From Gammaproteobacteria bacterium (lineage in GTDB: Bacteria > Pseudomonadota > Gammaproteobacteria > Magnimaribacterales > TMED112), in the NCBI GenBank assembly GCA_045563435.1, contig JBJLJD010000006.1, positions 12,390 through 76,389 of the forward strand: a DNA stretch of 64,000 nt, read 5' to 3'. How positions within the stretch are numbered: the first letter of the stretch is position 1; every line of letters begins with the position of its first letter. The notes under the pieces are model-generated. The model saw only the letters and a list, made by a program, of their open reading frames with translations. It did no database searches and was not told the DNA's origin. Shown here in pieces: positions 22,396 to 32,397 of this stretch. The translations under genes and the position numbers were made by a program.

Positions 22396-22481
22396 TGGTG
22401 CCGAAGGAGGGACTTGAACCCTCACAAGCAAAGCTCACTACCCCCTCAAGATAGCGCGTCTACCAATTCCGCCACTTCGGC
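22396..22481 (-). tRNA. leuU: tRNA-Leu (anticodon GAG), long variable arm
   Basis: The reverse complement reads GCCGAAGTGGCGGAATTGGTAGACGCGCTATCTTGAGGGGGTAGTGAGCTTTGCTTGTGAGGGTTCAAGTCCCTCCTTCGGCACCA. It folds as a cloverleaf with anticodon loop UUGAGGG and an encoded CCA. It is near-identical in outline to E. coli leuU but lies on the opposite strand to secG. Confidence 0.93.
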
Positions 22482-22489
22482 TTCACTAA

Positions 22490-22495
22490 ATTATA
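22490..22495 (-). promoter_or_regulatory. candidate -10 box (TATAAT on the minus strand) for tRNA-Leu
   Basis: Plus-strand ATTATA equals minus-strand TATAAT and ends 8 nt upstream of the tRNA 5' end. I saw no convincing -35. Confidence 0.35.
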
Positions 22496-22506
22496 TTCCA
22501 TAAGTA

Positions 22507-22535
22507 TTGACGATTTTAAGTCTTTTCACTATCCT
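22507..22535 (+). promoter_or_regulatory. candidate sigma70 promoter for the tRNA-fMet-rimP-nusA-infB operon
   Basis: TTGACG (22507-22512), a 17-nt spacer, then TATCCT (22530-22535). The -10 ends 10 nt before the tRNA 5' end. This mirrors the E. coli metY promoter position. Confidence 0.45.
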
Positions 22536-22545
22536 TTAACGTCAC

Positions 22546-22622
<77 letters not shown>

Positions 22623-22628
22623 TTAAAG

Positions 22629-23099
22629 ATGATCAAAGAAGATATTAAGCAACTTTTAATACCCCTTATAGAGAAATCTGGATGTGAGCTTTGGGGCCTT
22701 GAAATTGCAACACAACAAGGGAAAGGAAAAGTCCTAAGAATTTATATAGACGCTATTCAGGGGGTTAATTTAGATGATTGTGAGAAAGTAAGTAAGGAGA
22801 TAGATTATTTTTTTCAGTTTGAAGACGTTTTTTCAGATTTTGGAAGTTTTGAAGTTTCTTCACCAGGTCTAGATAGAAGATTATTTAATTTACAACAATG
22901 TAAAAATTTTATTGGAGATGTTGTATCATTAACACTCTTTTCTAAGGTGGATGGCCAGAGAAAGATAAAAGGCGTCCTTCAAGAAGTTTTGAATTCAGAA
23001 ATTTCTGTCAAAACAGAGAAGGGTGAATTGTTGCTTGATTTTAGCAATATTGAAAAATGTAAGTTGGATTTAGATTTCCAACTAGGAAAGAAAAAATGA
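22629..23099 (+). CDS. rimP: ribosome maturation factor RimP
   Basis: EVSSPGLDRRL motif. I moved the start to ATG 22629 because the track start at 22596 lies inside the tRNA-fMet gene. Confidence 0.88.
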   Translation: MIKEDIKQLLIPLIEKSGCELWGLEIATQQGKGKVLRIYIDAIQGVNLDDCEKVSKEIDYFFQFEDVFSDFGSFEVSSPGLDRRLFNLQQCKNFIGDVVSLTLFSKVDGQRKIKGVLQEVLNSEISVKTEKGELLLDFSNIEKCKLDLDFQLGKKK

Positions 23100-24559
23100 A
23101 TAAACAAATTTTAGAAGTTGTATCTGCAGTCTCTATGGAGAAAGGCGTGGACAAAGAAATTATATTCGAAGCTTTAGAGGAAGCTATTTCAAGTGCAACT
23201 AAGAAACTTATTGGCGAAATGTCTTTAATAAACGTAAGAATTGATAGAGATACTGGAGATTACGACACATTTAGAGAATGGGATGTCGTTGATGAAGATG
23301 AGTTTGAAGATGAAAGCTTTCAAATTTTAAAGGCTAATGCAGGAGATAGTGTTAACGATGGAAAAATCTCAAAAAAAATCGAGAATATTGATTTTGGCAG
23401 AATATCAGCCCAAGCAGCAAAACAAGTAATAATTCAAAAAGTTCGAGAAGCAGAGAGAACTAAAATCACATCTAAATATGAGAATCTCATTGGACATGTT
23501 GTTTTAGGCCAAATAAAAAGGATTAATAAAGATTTTTTACTTGTAGAAATAGAAGAAGATCTCAACGCTCAAATACCTAGAGATCAGATTATTCCGGGAG
23601 AAATTTTTAAATTAAATGACAGAGTGAGGGCTGTAATCAAAGAAATAATTTCATCACCTAGAGGACCTCAAATAGTCCTAAGCAGAACGGATGATAGATT
23701 GGTGAAAGAACTTTTTACTCAAGAAGTTCCAGAAATTTCTGAGGGCACTATAGAAATTAAATCAATCGCTCGTGATCCAGGCTACAGGTCAAAGATTGCT
23801 GTGAAAACATATGATGGAAGAATTGATCCAGTTGGTGCTTGTGTTGGGATGAGAGGGTCAAGAGTTCAAGCAGTGTCTAACGAAATAGGTAACGAAAGAA
23901 TCGATATCTTTATTCATAGCGATAATCCAGCAGAATTTGTTGTCAACTGTTTGGCCCCGGTAAAAATATATTCAATTCTAGTTGATGAAAGGACTTCTAC
24001 ATTAATTTTAGAAGTTGAAGAGGAAAATCAAGCTCAAATTATTGGAAAAAATGGTCAAAACCTAAGACTTATGACTCAAATGATAGGATGGTCATTCCAA
24101 GTGCTTAATAAAGAGCAATTTAAGGAGTATCAAGAATCAAATCTTGCTGAAAAATATGATGAATTAGGAAAAAGGCTGGATTTAACTGATCCTGAAAAAG
24201 CGGCCCTAAAAAATGCTGAATTCGAAACTCTTGAAAAAATAGTAGATGCAGATGAAGAATCTCTAACAACAATTTTTAAAACAAAAGCAAAGTCTAACAA
24301 GATTAAAGACAAAGCAAATGAGCTTCTGCTTCAAGACGCATTTAGTGATGATTTTAATGATCCTACTATGGAGAAAAGTCTTGTAGAATTATCAACAATG
24401 ACTAATTCAACCTTAAGAGCCCTCAGCGAAAATAATGTAAAAAAACTTGAGGAATTAGCAGAAATGTCTGTTGGTGAGCTCATGGATATTGCTTCAAAAA
24501 TAAGTGAATCTGAGGCTTCAGCTCTAATAATGGAGGCTCGAAAGCCATGGTTTGAGTAG
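23096..24559 (+). CDS. nusA: transcription termination/antitermination factor NusA
   Basis: N-terminal domain, S1 and KH domains (ACVGMRGSRVQAVSNE) are present, plus an acidic C-terminal repeat region. Confidence 0.96.
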   Translation: MNKQILEVVSAVSMEKGVDKEIIFEALEEAISSATKKLIGEMSLINVRIDRDTGDYDTFREWDVVDEDEFEDESFQILKANAGDSVNDGKISKKIENIDFGRISAQAAKQVIIQKVREAERTKITSKYENLIGHVVLGQIKRINKDFLLVEIEEDLNAQIPRDQIIPGEIFKLNDRVRAVIKEIISSPRGPQIVLSRTDDRLVKELFTQEVPEISEGTIEIKSIARDPGYRSKIAVKTYDGRIDPVGACVGMRGSRVQAVSNEIGNERIDIFIHSDNPAEFVVNCLAPVKIYSILVDERTSTLILEVEEENQAQIIGKNGQNLRLMTQMIGWSFQVLNKEQFKEYQESNLAEKYDELGKRLDLTDPEKAALKNAEFETLEKIVDADEESLTTIFKTKAKSNKIKDKANELLLQDAFSDDFNDPTMEKSLVELSTMTNSTLRALSENNVKKLEELAEMSVGELMDIASKISESEASALIMEARKPWFE

Positions 24560-24569
24560 AGGGAATTTG

Positions 24570-26633
24570 ATGGATGTATCAGTAAAAAAATTATCAGAAA
24601 TTTTAAAGATTGATCCAGAAATTCTTCTTGAAAAAATGATTAACGCAGGACTACAGCAAAAAAGCGTTAATGATCTCGTTTCTAATGAGGATAAACAAAA
24701 ATTACTCTCATTTATAAGAAGTTCAAAAGATTCAAATTCAGCTGTAAAGATTGAGAGTCCATCACAAACTGTTGATCCAAAAAAAGTCCAAAAGAAAACT
24801 AACCAAACTTCAAAACGAAAAACTCCAGTTAAAAAAGAGCCCAAAAAAGATGATGCTTTTGTTGCCGCGAAAAAATCAGTAAATATCAATGGGTCAATTA
24901 AAGTAAATGACTTATCAAGAAAATTAAATAAAAGAGGAAATGAAGTTGTTAAGAAACTTATGGAACTTGGTGAGATGGCAAGCCTGAATGATGAGATAGA
25001 TCAAGAAACTGCAGTACTAGTGTCAGAAGAATTTGGGTTTCAGGTAAATTATGAGGCAGAGCAGAGTTTGAAGCAGGAGGAAATTGAATATCCAAAACCT
25101 AATTTAAATTTTCCAGATGATGATAAGCCAACAAAAAGACATCCTGTTGTTACTGTAATGGGACATGTTGACCATGGAAAAACTTCACTTCTTGATTCAA
25201 TCAAATCAACTAATGTTGTAGATGGAGAGTCAGGAGGTATAACTCAACACATTGCAGCATATGAAGTAAAAACAAAATCAGGAAAGATAACTTTTATTGA
25301 CACTCCAGGACATGAAGCTTTTACTTCTATGAGAGCACGAGGTGCCAATACAACAGATATAGTAATTTTAGTTGTTGCTGCGAATGATAGTGTTATGCCA
25401 CAAACAGAGGAGGCAATAAATCATGCTAAGGCTGCAGAAGTTCCTATAATTGTTGCGATTAATAAAGTTGATTTAGATGGTGCAGATATTGAAAAAGTAA
25501 AAGGTGATCTTGCAAAACATGAATTAGTCTCTGAAGAATGGGGTGGAAAAAATCAAATGTTACCTGTGTCTGCATTGAAATCTCAAGGGATAGATAAACT
25601 CCTTGAAGCGATTGAACTTGAAGCAGATGTTTTAGAACTTAAAGCTCCCCAAAAAGGTAATGCAATTGGAACAATACTAGAGTCAGAAGTAGATAAGTTT
25701 AAGGGGCCACTAGGTACTTTTTTAGTTCAAAAAGGAACATTGAAAATGGGAGATATTATTATCGCAGGTGAGGTGAAAGGAAAAATTAAATCTCTAATTG
25801 ATAGTAATGGAAATAATATTAAAGAAGCTGGGCCCTCAACACCTGTTGAAGTTTTAGGTATGGAAGATTGTGTTTCAGCTGGTGAAATTTTCTATGTAAT
25901 GAGTTCTGAAAAAGATGCAAAGGCATTGTTAAGCAAAAGAGCAGATTTTTTAAGAGAGAAAAAAGATAAGAAAGTTATGACTTCTGAGTCTGCATTTCAA
26001 ATGCTAGACCAAGAAAGAATTAACAAAATGCGAATTATTATTAAATCGGATGTTGCAGGTACATCAGAAGCTATTGTTCACTCTTTAGCTAAATTAGGAA
26101 ACGATGAAGTTGAAGTAGATGTAGTTTTTAGTGGTGTGGGTGGAATTACTGAATCTGATGTAAATTTAGCAGCTACAACAAATTCTAAAGTTGTTGGTTT
26201 TAACGTCCGTTCAGATAACAATGCAAAAAAAGTTTCTGAAGATTTAGGAATAGAGATTAGTTATTACAGTGTTATATACGACCTTATAGAAGATGTAAAA
26301 AGACTATTATCCGGATTATTAGAACCAATTTTCTCAGAAAAAATATTAGGCTTAGCTCAAGTAAAAGAAGTTTTTAAATCATCAGAATTCGGAATGGTTG
26401 CTGGCTGCATAATTACTGAGGGTTCAGTAAAAAGAGAAAAACATGTAAGAGTGTTAAGAGACAATGTAGTTATACATGAAGGCGAGCTAGATTCGCTTAG
26501 AAGAGTCAAAGATGATGTAAAAGTAGTTCAAAACGGCACAGAATGTGGAATTGGAATAAAGAATTATACTGACATCAAACCTGGGGATATTATCGAAAAT
26601 TTCGAACAAAAAGAAGAAAAAAGAAGTCTTTAA
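24570..26633 (+). CDS. infB: translation initiation factor IF-2 (short N-terminal region)
   Basis: [16 protein letters not shown] and DTPGHEAF G-domain motifs are present. The start is set at ATG 24570 (MDVSVKKL), preceded by GAGGGAA. Confidence 0.95.
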   Translation: MDVSVKKLSEILKIDPEILLEKMINAGLQQKSVNDLVSNEDKQKLLSFIRSSKDSNSAVKIESPSQTVDPKKVQKKTNQTSKRKTPVKKEPKKDDAFVAAKKSVNINGSIKVNDLSRKLNKRGNEVVKKLMELGEMASLNDEIDQETAVLVSEEFGFQVNYEAEQSLKQEEIEYPKPNLNFPDDDKPTKRHPVVTVMGHVDHGKTSLLDSIKSTNVVDGESGGITQHIAAYEVKTKSGKITFIDTPGHEAFTSMRARGANTTDIVILVVAANDSVMPQTEEAINHAKAAEVPIIVAINKVDLDGADIEKVKGDLAKHELVSEEWGGKNQMLPVSALKSQGIDKLLEAIELEADVLELKAPQKGNAIGTILESEVDKFKGPLGTFLVQKGTLKMGDIIIAGEVKGKIKSLIDSNGNNIKEAGPSTPVEVLGMEDCVSAGEIFYVMSSEKDAKALLSKRADFLREKKDKKVMTSESAFQMLDQERINKMRIIIKSDVAGTSEAIVHSLAKLGNDEVEVDVVFSGVGGITESDVNLAATTNSKVVGFNVRSDNNAKKVSEDLGIEISYYSVIYDLIEDVKRLLSGLLEPIFSEKILGLAQVKEVFKSSEFGMVAGCIITEGSVKREKHVRVLRDNVVIHEGELDSLRRVKDDVKVVQNGTECGIGIKNYTDIKPGDIIENFEQKEEKRSL

Positions 26634-26635
26634 TC

Positions 26636-26974
26636 ATGGAGAAGGATAGAATTATTAGGGTTAGCGATAATCTAAAAAAAGAAATTGCTTTTGAAATCCA
26701 ACACTCTGATCTAAAAGAAACGTGTGGTTTCTTCAGTATTAATCACGTTGAAACTGCTAGAGATTTATCAAGTGCAAAAGTTTTTTTTTCAACCATTAAT
26801 TCACCAATGAAACAAAGCGAATTAGTCCATTACCTTAATGAAAACGCATGGAAACTTAGAAAATCACTTGCACAAAAACTTCACTTAAAGAAAATGCCTT
26901 CGCTTCATTTTATTTACGATGATCATTCAGAAAAAGTAAGAAATATTGACTCATTGATAGATAATCTAGATTAG
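26636..26974 (+). CDS. rbfA: ribosome-binding factor A
   Basis: A 112-aa protein with the R..RV....L..EIA start pattern, in the conserved infB-rbfA-truB position. Confidence 0.88.
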   Translation: MEKDRIIRVSDNLKKEIAFEIQHSDLKETCGFFSINHVETARDLSSAKVFFSTINSPMKQSELVHYLNENAWKLRKSLAQKLHLKKMPSLHFIYDDHSEKVRNIDSLIDNLD

Positions 26975-27849
26975 TGAGTGTTTTAATTTTAAATAAACCC
27001 AAAGGCCTCACCTCTTTTCAGGCTGTACTCAAAGTTAAAAAGTTGCTTAACATAAAAAAAGCAGGACACTCTGGCACATTAGACCCCTTGGCAACAGGAC
27101 TACTTCCTATTTTTTTGGATGAATCAACTTCTTTTATAAAATTTCTTTCAAATGAAAATAAAGAGTATATTGCTTCCTACGTTTTTGATATTAGCTCTAA
27201 TACAGAGGACATAACTGGTTTAATTCAATACCACAATGATTCTAAAGAAATTAATAAAAATACATTTGTTGAGACTCTTGAATTATTTAAAGGTAAAAGC
27301 ACACAAACTCCCCCAAAGTTTTCTGCAAAAAAAGTTAACGGTGTTCCGATGTATAAGCTTGCAAGAGCTGGCAAAGAATTTGAAATAAAACCTCAAGAAA
27401 TAGAAATATTAAATTTAGAACTCATAGATTACAATTATCCAAAATTCACTATTAAAACACTTGTAAGTAAAGGGACGTACATAAGAACTTTGGGAGTTGA
27501 TATTGCAAAGAGATTGGGCAAATTTTGTTGTTTAACTGATTTACAAAGAAGTGGAATAGGGTCAATAAATCTTAAAGAATCTATCGATATAAACACCCTG
27601 AAAAGTTTGGACAATGTATCTAAAATGAAGTATGTTAAGCGGGTTGAAGAAATATTAAGGAAATTCCCTAAGGTAAGTTTAAGTTCTTCTGAGGTAAAAA
27701 AATTTCAAAATGGTTCTTTTGTAAGGGTTGAAGACCAAAAAATACATAATGAATGTTTTGTTTTTTTTAAAGATGAGCTAATGGGATACGGACTTATAGA
27801 TGAAAATAAAAATTTACACCCAAAAAGGGTGATAAAGAGGAGAAATTAA
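26974..27849 (+). CDS. truB: tRNA pseudouridine-55 synthase
   Basis: KAGHSGTLDPLATGLLPI carries the catalytic Asp motif. GTG start. Confidence 0.92.
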   Translation: MSVLILNKPKGLTSFQAVLKVKKLLNIKKAGHSGTLDPLATGLLPIFLDESTSFIKFLSNENKEYIASYVFDISSNTEDITGLIQYHNDSKEINKNTFVETLELFKGKSTQTPPKFSAKKVNGVPMYKLARAGKEFEIKPQEIEILNLELIDYNYPKFTIKTLVSKGTYIRTLGVDIAKRLGKFCCLTDLQRSGIGSINLKESIDINTLKSLDNVSKMKYVKRVEEILRKFPKVSLSSSEVKKFQNGSFVRVEDQKIHNECFVFFKDELMGYGLIDENKNLHPKRVIKRRN

Positions 27850-28118
27850 TGAGCTTAGCTAAAGACGAAAAAGCAAAGATAGTTAAGAAATTTGGAAAGA
27901 GTGTTAAAGATACTGGCTCAACTACAACGCAAGTAGCTTTGTTAACAAAAAGAATTGAAGAACTTCAAAATCATTTCAAAAAACATAACAAAGATAATCA
28001 TTCAAAAACAGGTTTATTAAGAATCGTTAGCGATAGAAAAAAGTTACTCACTTACTTAAAGAGAAAAGATTTAAGTACCTATGAGAAATTAGTTAAAGAT
28101 CTCAAAATAAGAAATTAA
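27849..28118 (+). CDS. rpsO: 30S ribosomal protein S15
   Basis: An 89-aa protein with GSTTTQVALLTKRI and HFKKHNKDNHS motifs. Confidence 0.96.
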   Translation: MSLAKDEKAKIVKKFGKSVKDTGSTTTQVALLTKRIEELQNHFKKHNKDNHSKTGLLRIVSDRKKLLTYLKRKDLSTYEKLVKDLKIRN

Positions 28119-28120
28119 TT

Positions 28121-30178
28121 ATGAAAAAATATGTAAAAAAAGAGATCCAATTTGGATCAAAAAGTCTTGTTTTAGAAACTGGAAAGATTGCAAGACAGGC
28201 TACTTCAGTAGTAGCTACTATGGGTGGAACTGTTGTTCTATGTTCAATTGTTACAAAAAAACCAGCTGAAAAGAGGGATTTTTTTCCTCTCAGCGTCCAT
28301 TATCTTGAAAAGACTTATGCTGCAGGAAAGATACCTGGAGGCTATTTCAAAAGAGAGGCTAGACCAACTGAATATGAAACCCTAACTTCTAGATTGATTG
28401 ATAGACCTTTAAGGCCTTTATTTCCTGATTTTTATAGTGATGAAGTGCAAGTCAACTGTTTGCTTCTATCATTAGATAAGTCAAATCCTTCCGATATTGT
28501 AGCTATGCTTGCAGCCTCCGCTGCAATGTCTATTGCTGATGTTCCATTTAATGGACCTATTGGCGGAGCGAGAGTTGGATTAATTAATGAAGAATATGTT
28601 CTTAATCCTGCTGTTGATGTGATGGATGACTCTGATCTTGATATGGTGGTAGCAGGTTCTGAGAAAGCAGTACTAATGGTTGAATCAGATGCAAATGAGT
28701 TATCTGAAGACTTAATGATAGGGGGGATACTTTTTGCTCATCAAGAAATGCAAAGTGTCATAAAAGGAATAAAAGAGTTTTCTAATGAAGTTCTCCCTGA
28801 GAGAACAAAATATGAGAACGAAAATCTTGAATCAGAGAGGAAAGTTTTTGATGAAATTAAAAATAAATTTGGAAACGAAATTAAAGATGCTTTCAGTACA
28901 ACTGATAAAAAAGCTAGAGGTGAAAAAATATCTGCAGTAAAGGAGAAATTACTTGACGAAGTAGACGAAGAAAATAATGCAGAGCACTTAAAGCAATTCA
29001 AAGAAGTTGAAAAAGATATAGTAAGAAATAATGTTCTTATAGAGAAAACAAGAATCGATGGAAGGGCCATGAATGAGGTAAGAGATATAAATATTGAATT
29101 GAACTTTTTACCCTCTGTACATGGTTCAGCTTTATTCACAAGAGGTGAAACACAAGCGATAGTTGCAACTACTTTAGGGGCCACTAAAGAAGTACAAATT
29201 GTGGATGCACTAGTTGGGGAATATAAAGATAATTTTATGCTTCACTATAATTTTCCTTCCTATAGTGTTGGTGAAGTAGGGATGCCAATGGGTCCAAAAA
29301 GAAGGGAAATCGGACATGGTGCATTAGCCAAAAGATCCCTTAGACCATTTGTGCCAACTCTTAACGAATTTCCATATTCAATTAGAGTGGTAAGTGACAT
29401 TACGGAATCAAATGGATCGAGCTCAATGGCTTCAGTTTGTGGTGGTAGTTTATCAATGATGGCAGCAGGAGTACCTGTTAAAGAAAATATTGCTGGAGTG
29501 GCAATGGGATTAATTAAAGACAATGAGAAATTCGAAATTTTAACAGATATTCTGGGAGATGAGGATCACCTTGGTGACATGGATTTCAAAGTAGCTGGTT
29601 CAAAATCAGGAGTCACAGGTTTACAAATGGATATAAAGATCGAGGGCATAAATGAGGAGATTCTTGAAAAAGCTCTATCTCAAGCAAAAGAGGCAAGATT
29701 ACATATATTGAAGATAATGGATGAAGCAATTTCAAAACCAAATGATTTATCCAGTTTAGCTCCATGTTTTGAAAAGCTAGTGATTGATAAAGAAAAAGTT
29801 AAGGTCGTAATTGGAAAAGGTGGTTCAACAATTAAGGGATTGCAAGAAGAGTTCGGCACAACAATTGAATTACAAGACGACGGAAATGTAAGCATTTTTG
29901 GAGATTCAAAAGATAAAGTAAACGAGACTAAAGCTAAAATAGAGCTTATATGTGCTGAGCCTGAGAACGGAAAAGAGTATGACGGAGTGGTGGCAAAAGT
30001 TGTAGAATTTGGCGCATTTGTAACGATTTTACCTGGCAAGGATGGCCTATTGCATATTTCACAAATAAAGCAAGATTTTGAACAATTAACAGACGTAATT
30101 AATGAGGGTGATAATATTAAGGTTAAAGTAACTGAAGTTGGTAGACAAGGCAGAATAAAGCTTGAGCTTGTAGATTAA
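28121..30178 (+). CDS. pnp: polyribonucleotide nucleotidyltransferase (PNPase)
   Basis: Two RNase PH domains, a KH domain (VIGKGGSTIKGLQEE) and an S1 domain are present. The GDEDHLGDMDFKVAG motif is also present. Confidence 0.97.
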   Translation: MKKYVKKEIQFGSKSLVLETGKIARQATSVVATMGGTVVLCSIVTKKPAEKRDFFPLSVHYLEKTYAAGKIPGGYFKREARPTEYETLTSRLIDRPLRPLFPDFYSDEVQVNCLLLSLDKSNPSDIVAMLAASAAMSIADVPFNGPIGGARVGLINEEYVLNPAVDVMDDSDLDMVVAGSEKAVLMVESDANELSEDLMIGGILFAHQEMQSVIKGIKEFSNEVLPERTKYENENLESERKVFDEIKNKFGNEIKDAFSTTDKKARGEKISAVKEKLLDEVDEENNAEHLKQFKEVEKDIVRNNVLIEKTRIDGRAMNEVRDINIELNFLPSVHGSALFTRGETQAIVATTLGATKEVQIVDALVGEYKDNFMLHYNFPSYSVGEVGMPMGPKRREIGHGALAKRSLRPFVPTLNEFPYSIRVVSDITESNGSSSMASVCGGSLSMMAAGVPVKENIAGVAMGLIKDNEKFEILTDILGDEDHLGDMDFKVAGSKSGVTGLQMDIKIEGINEEILEKALSQAKEARLHILKIMDEAISKPNDLSSLAPCFEKLVIDKEKVKVVIGKGGSTIKGLQEEFGTTIELQDDGNVSIFGDSKDKVNETKAKIELICAEPENGKEYDGVVAKVVEFGAFVTILPGKDGLLHISQIKQDFEQLTDVINEGDNIKVKVTEVGRQGRIKLELVD

Positions 30179-31074
30179 AATAATTCGGAAAGCATGCATC
30201 TTGCAGAGCCTCCGCCATACTTCTCTATTATTGCTAAATCAGAGTGAATAATTCTTTTGTAGTATTTTAAAAGAAAATCTTTTTGTTCAGCACTCAATGC
30301 AAAATGTGCTCTAGAAGACATTGCTAGCATTAAGCTTCCATTTTCACCTTCGACCTCTAATGAATTACCACAAAAATCGAGAACTTGGTCTCCTGAAATT
30401 TCAAGGATTTTATGATATTTAGAAACTTTTTTCTTTACTTTATCTCTATCATTTTCATCAATAACATCAAAAGAAATTCCTATTATTTCTGTACCTACAT
30501 ACATAAGCACATCTGTATGATAAATATCAGAACCAGTATGACTTATTGTTTTAAATGAACACAAATCATACTTATTTCTTTCACACCATTCATTAAGAAA
30601 TTTTTCATTAGTCCTTGGAGAAGGAGTTGCATAAACGACTCTATTTATCCTGTCAAAAACCATGCTACTGGTTGATTCTAAAAAAATATTTTCAAGCTCA
30701 AGATGACTATAGTTATTCTGAATTTTGTAAGTATTACAAAGCTTATTAATCATTTCTGGTGTTTTTTCTTTTCTTCTATTTTCAGCATTCATTGGAAATA
30801 TTTGTATAGTTTTATTTTCAAAAGTAATAAACCAATTTGGAAAAATATGATCTGGACAACCCTCTATCCCTTTAAGGCAGAGAACCTCAACTCCATTTTT
30901 TTCAAGATTACTTTTAAAGTTATGAAATTCTATTAAAGCCTTATCAAGAATGAGTTGCTTTTCATCATTTTCATTTTTCTTTTGGTAGTGATTGGAGCTT
31001 TGAGTTTGTGGGTTTGAATAGAATTCTCTAGGCTCAACCATAAAGATTTTATTTGTAGATTGTTTAGTCGACAT
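30175..31074 (-). CDS. amidinotransferase-superfamily hydrolase (arginine deiminase-related, CtlX-like citrulline utilisation hydrolase)
   Basis: The N-terminus FMVEPREFYSNPQT is of the CtlX-type (MVRP..F..N..T). The C-terminal GGGSARCM carries the catalytic Cys of the guanidino-modifying enzyme fold. It is divergent from ornithine aminotransferase. Confidence 0.7.
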   Translation of the reverse strand: MSTKQSTNKIFMVEPREFYSNPQTQSSNHYQKKNENDEKQLILDKALIEFHNFKSNLEKNGVEVLCLKGIEGCPDHIFPNWFITFENKTIQIFPMNAENRRKEKTPEMINKLCNTYKIQNNYSHLELENIFLESTSSMVFDRINRVVYATPSPRTNEKFLNEWCERNKYDLCSFKTISHTGSDIYHTDVLMYVGTEIIGISFDVIDENDRDKVKKKVSKYHKILEISGDQVLDFCGNSLEVEGENGSLMLAMSSRAHFALSAEQKDFLLKYYKRIIHSDLAIIEKYGGGSARCMLSELF

Positions 31075-31116
31075 TTTTACTTTAAGTGTTCAATATTCTT
31101 TATTAGAATATGCTCA

Positions 31117-32391
31117 GTGCTTGATAATATTCAAAAAAGTTACATAAAGAAAGAGTCTATTTACGGCCCTGATAACTATAAGCCTCTTCCGGTTGTTCTT
31201 TCAAAAGCTAAAGGCGTTTGGGTCTGGGACGTGAATGATGAAAAGTACATAGATATGATGTCAGGTTACTCAGCTGTAAGTCATGGACATGCACATCCTG
31301 AGCTATTAAGAGTTTTTCATGAGCAGTCTAGTCGGCTTTCTTTAACTTCAAGAGCCTTTTATACAGACACTCTAGGTCCTTATCTTGAAACTATAACTAA
31401 AATGACAGGATTTGAAATGTGTTTGCCAATGAATTCTGGAGCAGAAGCAGTTGAAACAGCTATTAAGGCTTCTAGAAGATGGGCTTATCGAACAAAAAAA
31501 GTAAAGCCTGGCAAAGCAGAAATAGTTGTTGCCGATGGAAATTTTCACGGCAGAACAACTACTATAATAAGTTTTTCCAGCGATGAAAATTCCAAAGATG
31601 ATTTTGGTCCACATACTCCTGGTTTTATCAGTATTAAATATGGCTGCTCTAAATCTTTGGAAGCTGCAATAAATAAAAATACTGCTGCAGTTCTAATTGA
31701 GCCTATACAGGGTGAGGGCGGCATTATTGTTCCACCTGAAAATTATTTAAAAGAGGTTAGAAATATTTGCACTAAAAATAATGTACTAATGCTGTTAGAT
31801 GAAATTCAATCAGGTTTGGGCAGAACAGGAAAACTTTTTGCTTATCAGCACTCTTGTGGAAATTGTTCTTGTGATATTGGATGCAAAAGCAACCAACCTC
31901 AAGAATCAAAACCTGATGGATTAATCTTAGGCAAGGCATTAGGAGGTGGTTTTATGCCTGTATCTTGCTTTCTTTCTTCGAAAGAAGTGATGCAGTGGAT
32001 GAATCCTGGTTCTCATGGCTCTACATTTGGAGGAAATCCACTAGCTGCCGCTATCGCAAAAAGATCTATTGAATTACTTGATGAAGATAAGCTCATAGAG
32101 AACAGTAAAGTCATGGGAGATTATTTTAAAAAGTCATTAATTGATATGAATTCGAAGATTATCAAAGAAGTTAGAGGAAAGGGGCTGTGGCTTGGAGTTG
32201 AAATAGATCCAAAATATATTTCTGGAAAAGATTTATCAAGATTATGTCTAGAAAATGGAATATTGTGTAAGGAAACGCATGAAACTACTATTAGATATGC
32301 ACCTCCTTTAACTATTTCAAAAAAAGAACTCGATTGGGCTATTAACAAAATAAAATCTGTATTTGAGGAAGTCGAAAAAAAAGCTGCCTAA
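31117..32391 (+). CDS. rocD: ornithine--oxo-acid aminotransferase (class III PLP)
   Basis: YGPDNYKPLPVVL, SGYSAVSHGH, DEIQSGLGRTGK and LGKALGGG (PLP Lys) are present. The start is uncertain. In-frame GTG 31117 avoids the overlap with the divergent gene that the track's TTG 31060 creates. Confidence 0.88.
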   Translation: MLDNIQKSYIKKESIYGPDNYKPLPVVLSKAKGVWVWDVNDEKYIDMMSGYSAVSHGHAHPELLRVFHEQSSRLSLTSRAFYTDTLGPYLETITKMTGFEMCLPMNSGAEAVETAIKASRRWAYRTKKVKPGKAEIVVADGNFHGRTTTIISFSSDENSKDDFGPHTPGFISIKYGCSKSLEAAINKNTAAVLIEPIQGEGGIIVPPENYLKEVRNICTKNNVLMLLDEIQSGLGRTGKLFAYQHSCGNCSCDIGCKSNQPQESKPDGLILGKALGGGFMPVSCFLSSKEVMQWMNPGSHGSTFGGNPLAAAIAKRSIELLDEDKLIENSKVMGDYFKKSLIDMNSKIIKEVRGKGLWLGVEIDPKYISGKDLSRLCLENGILCKETHETTIRYAPPLTISKKELDWAINKIKSVFEEVEKKAA

Positions 32392-32397
32392 GACAAA

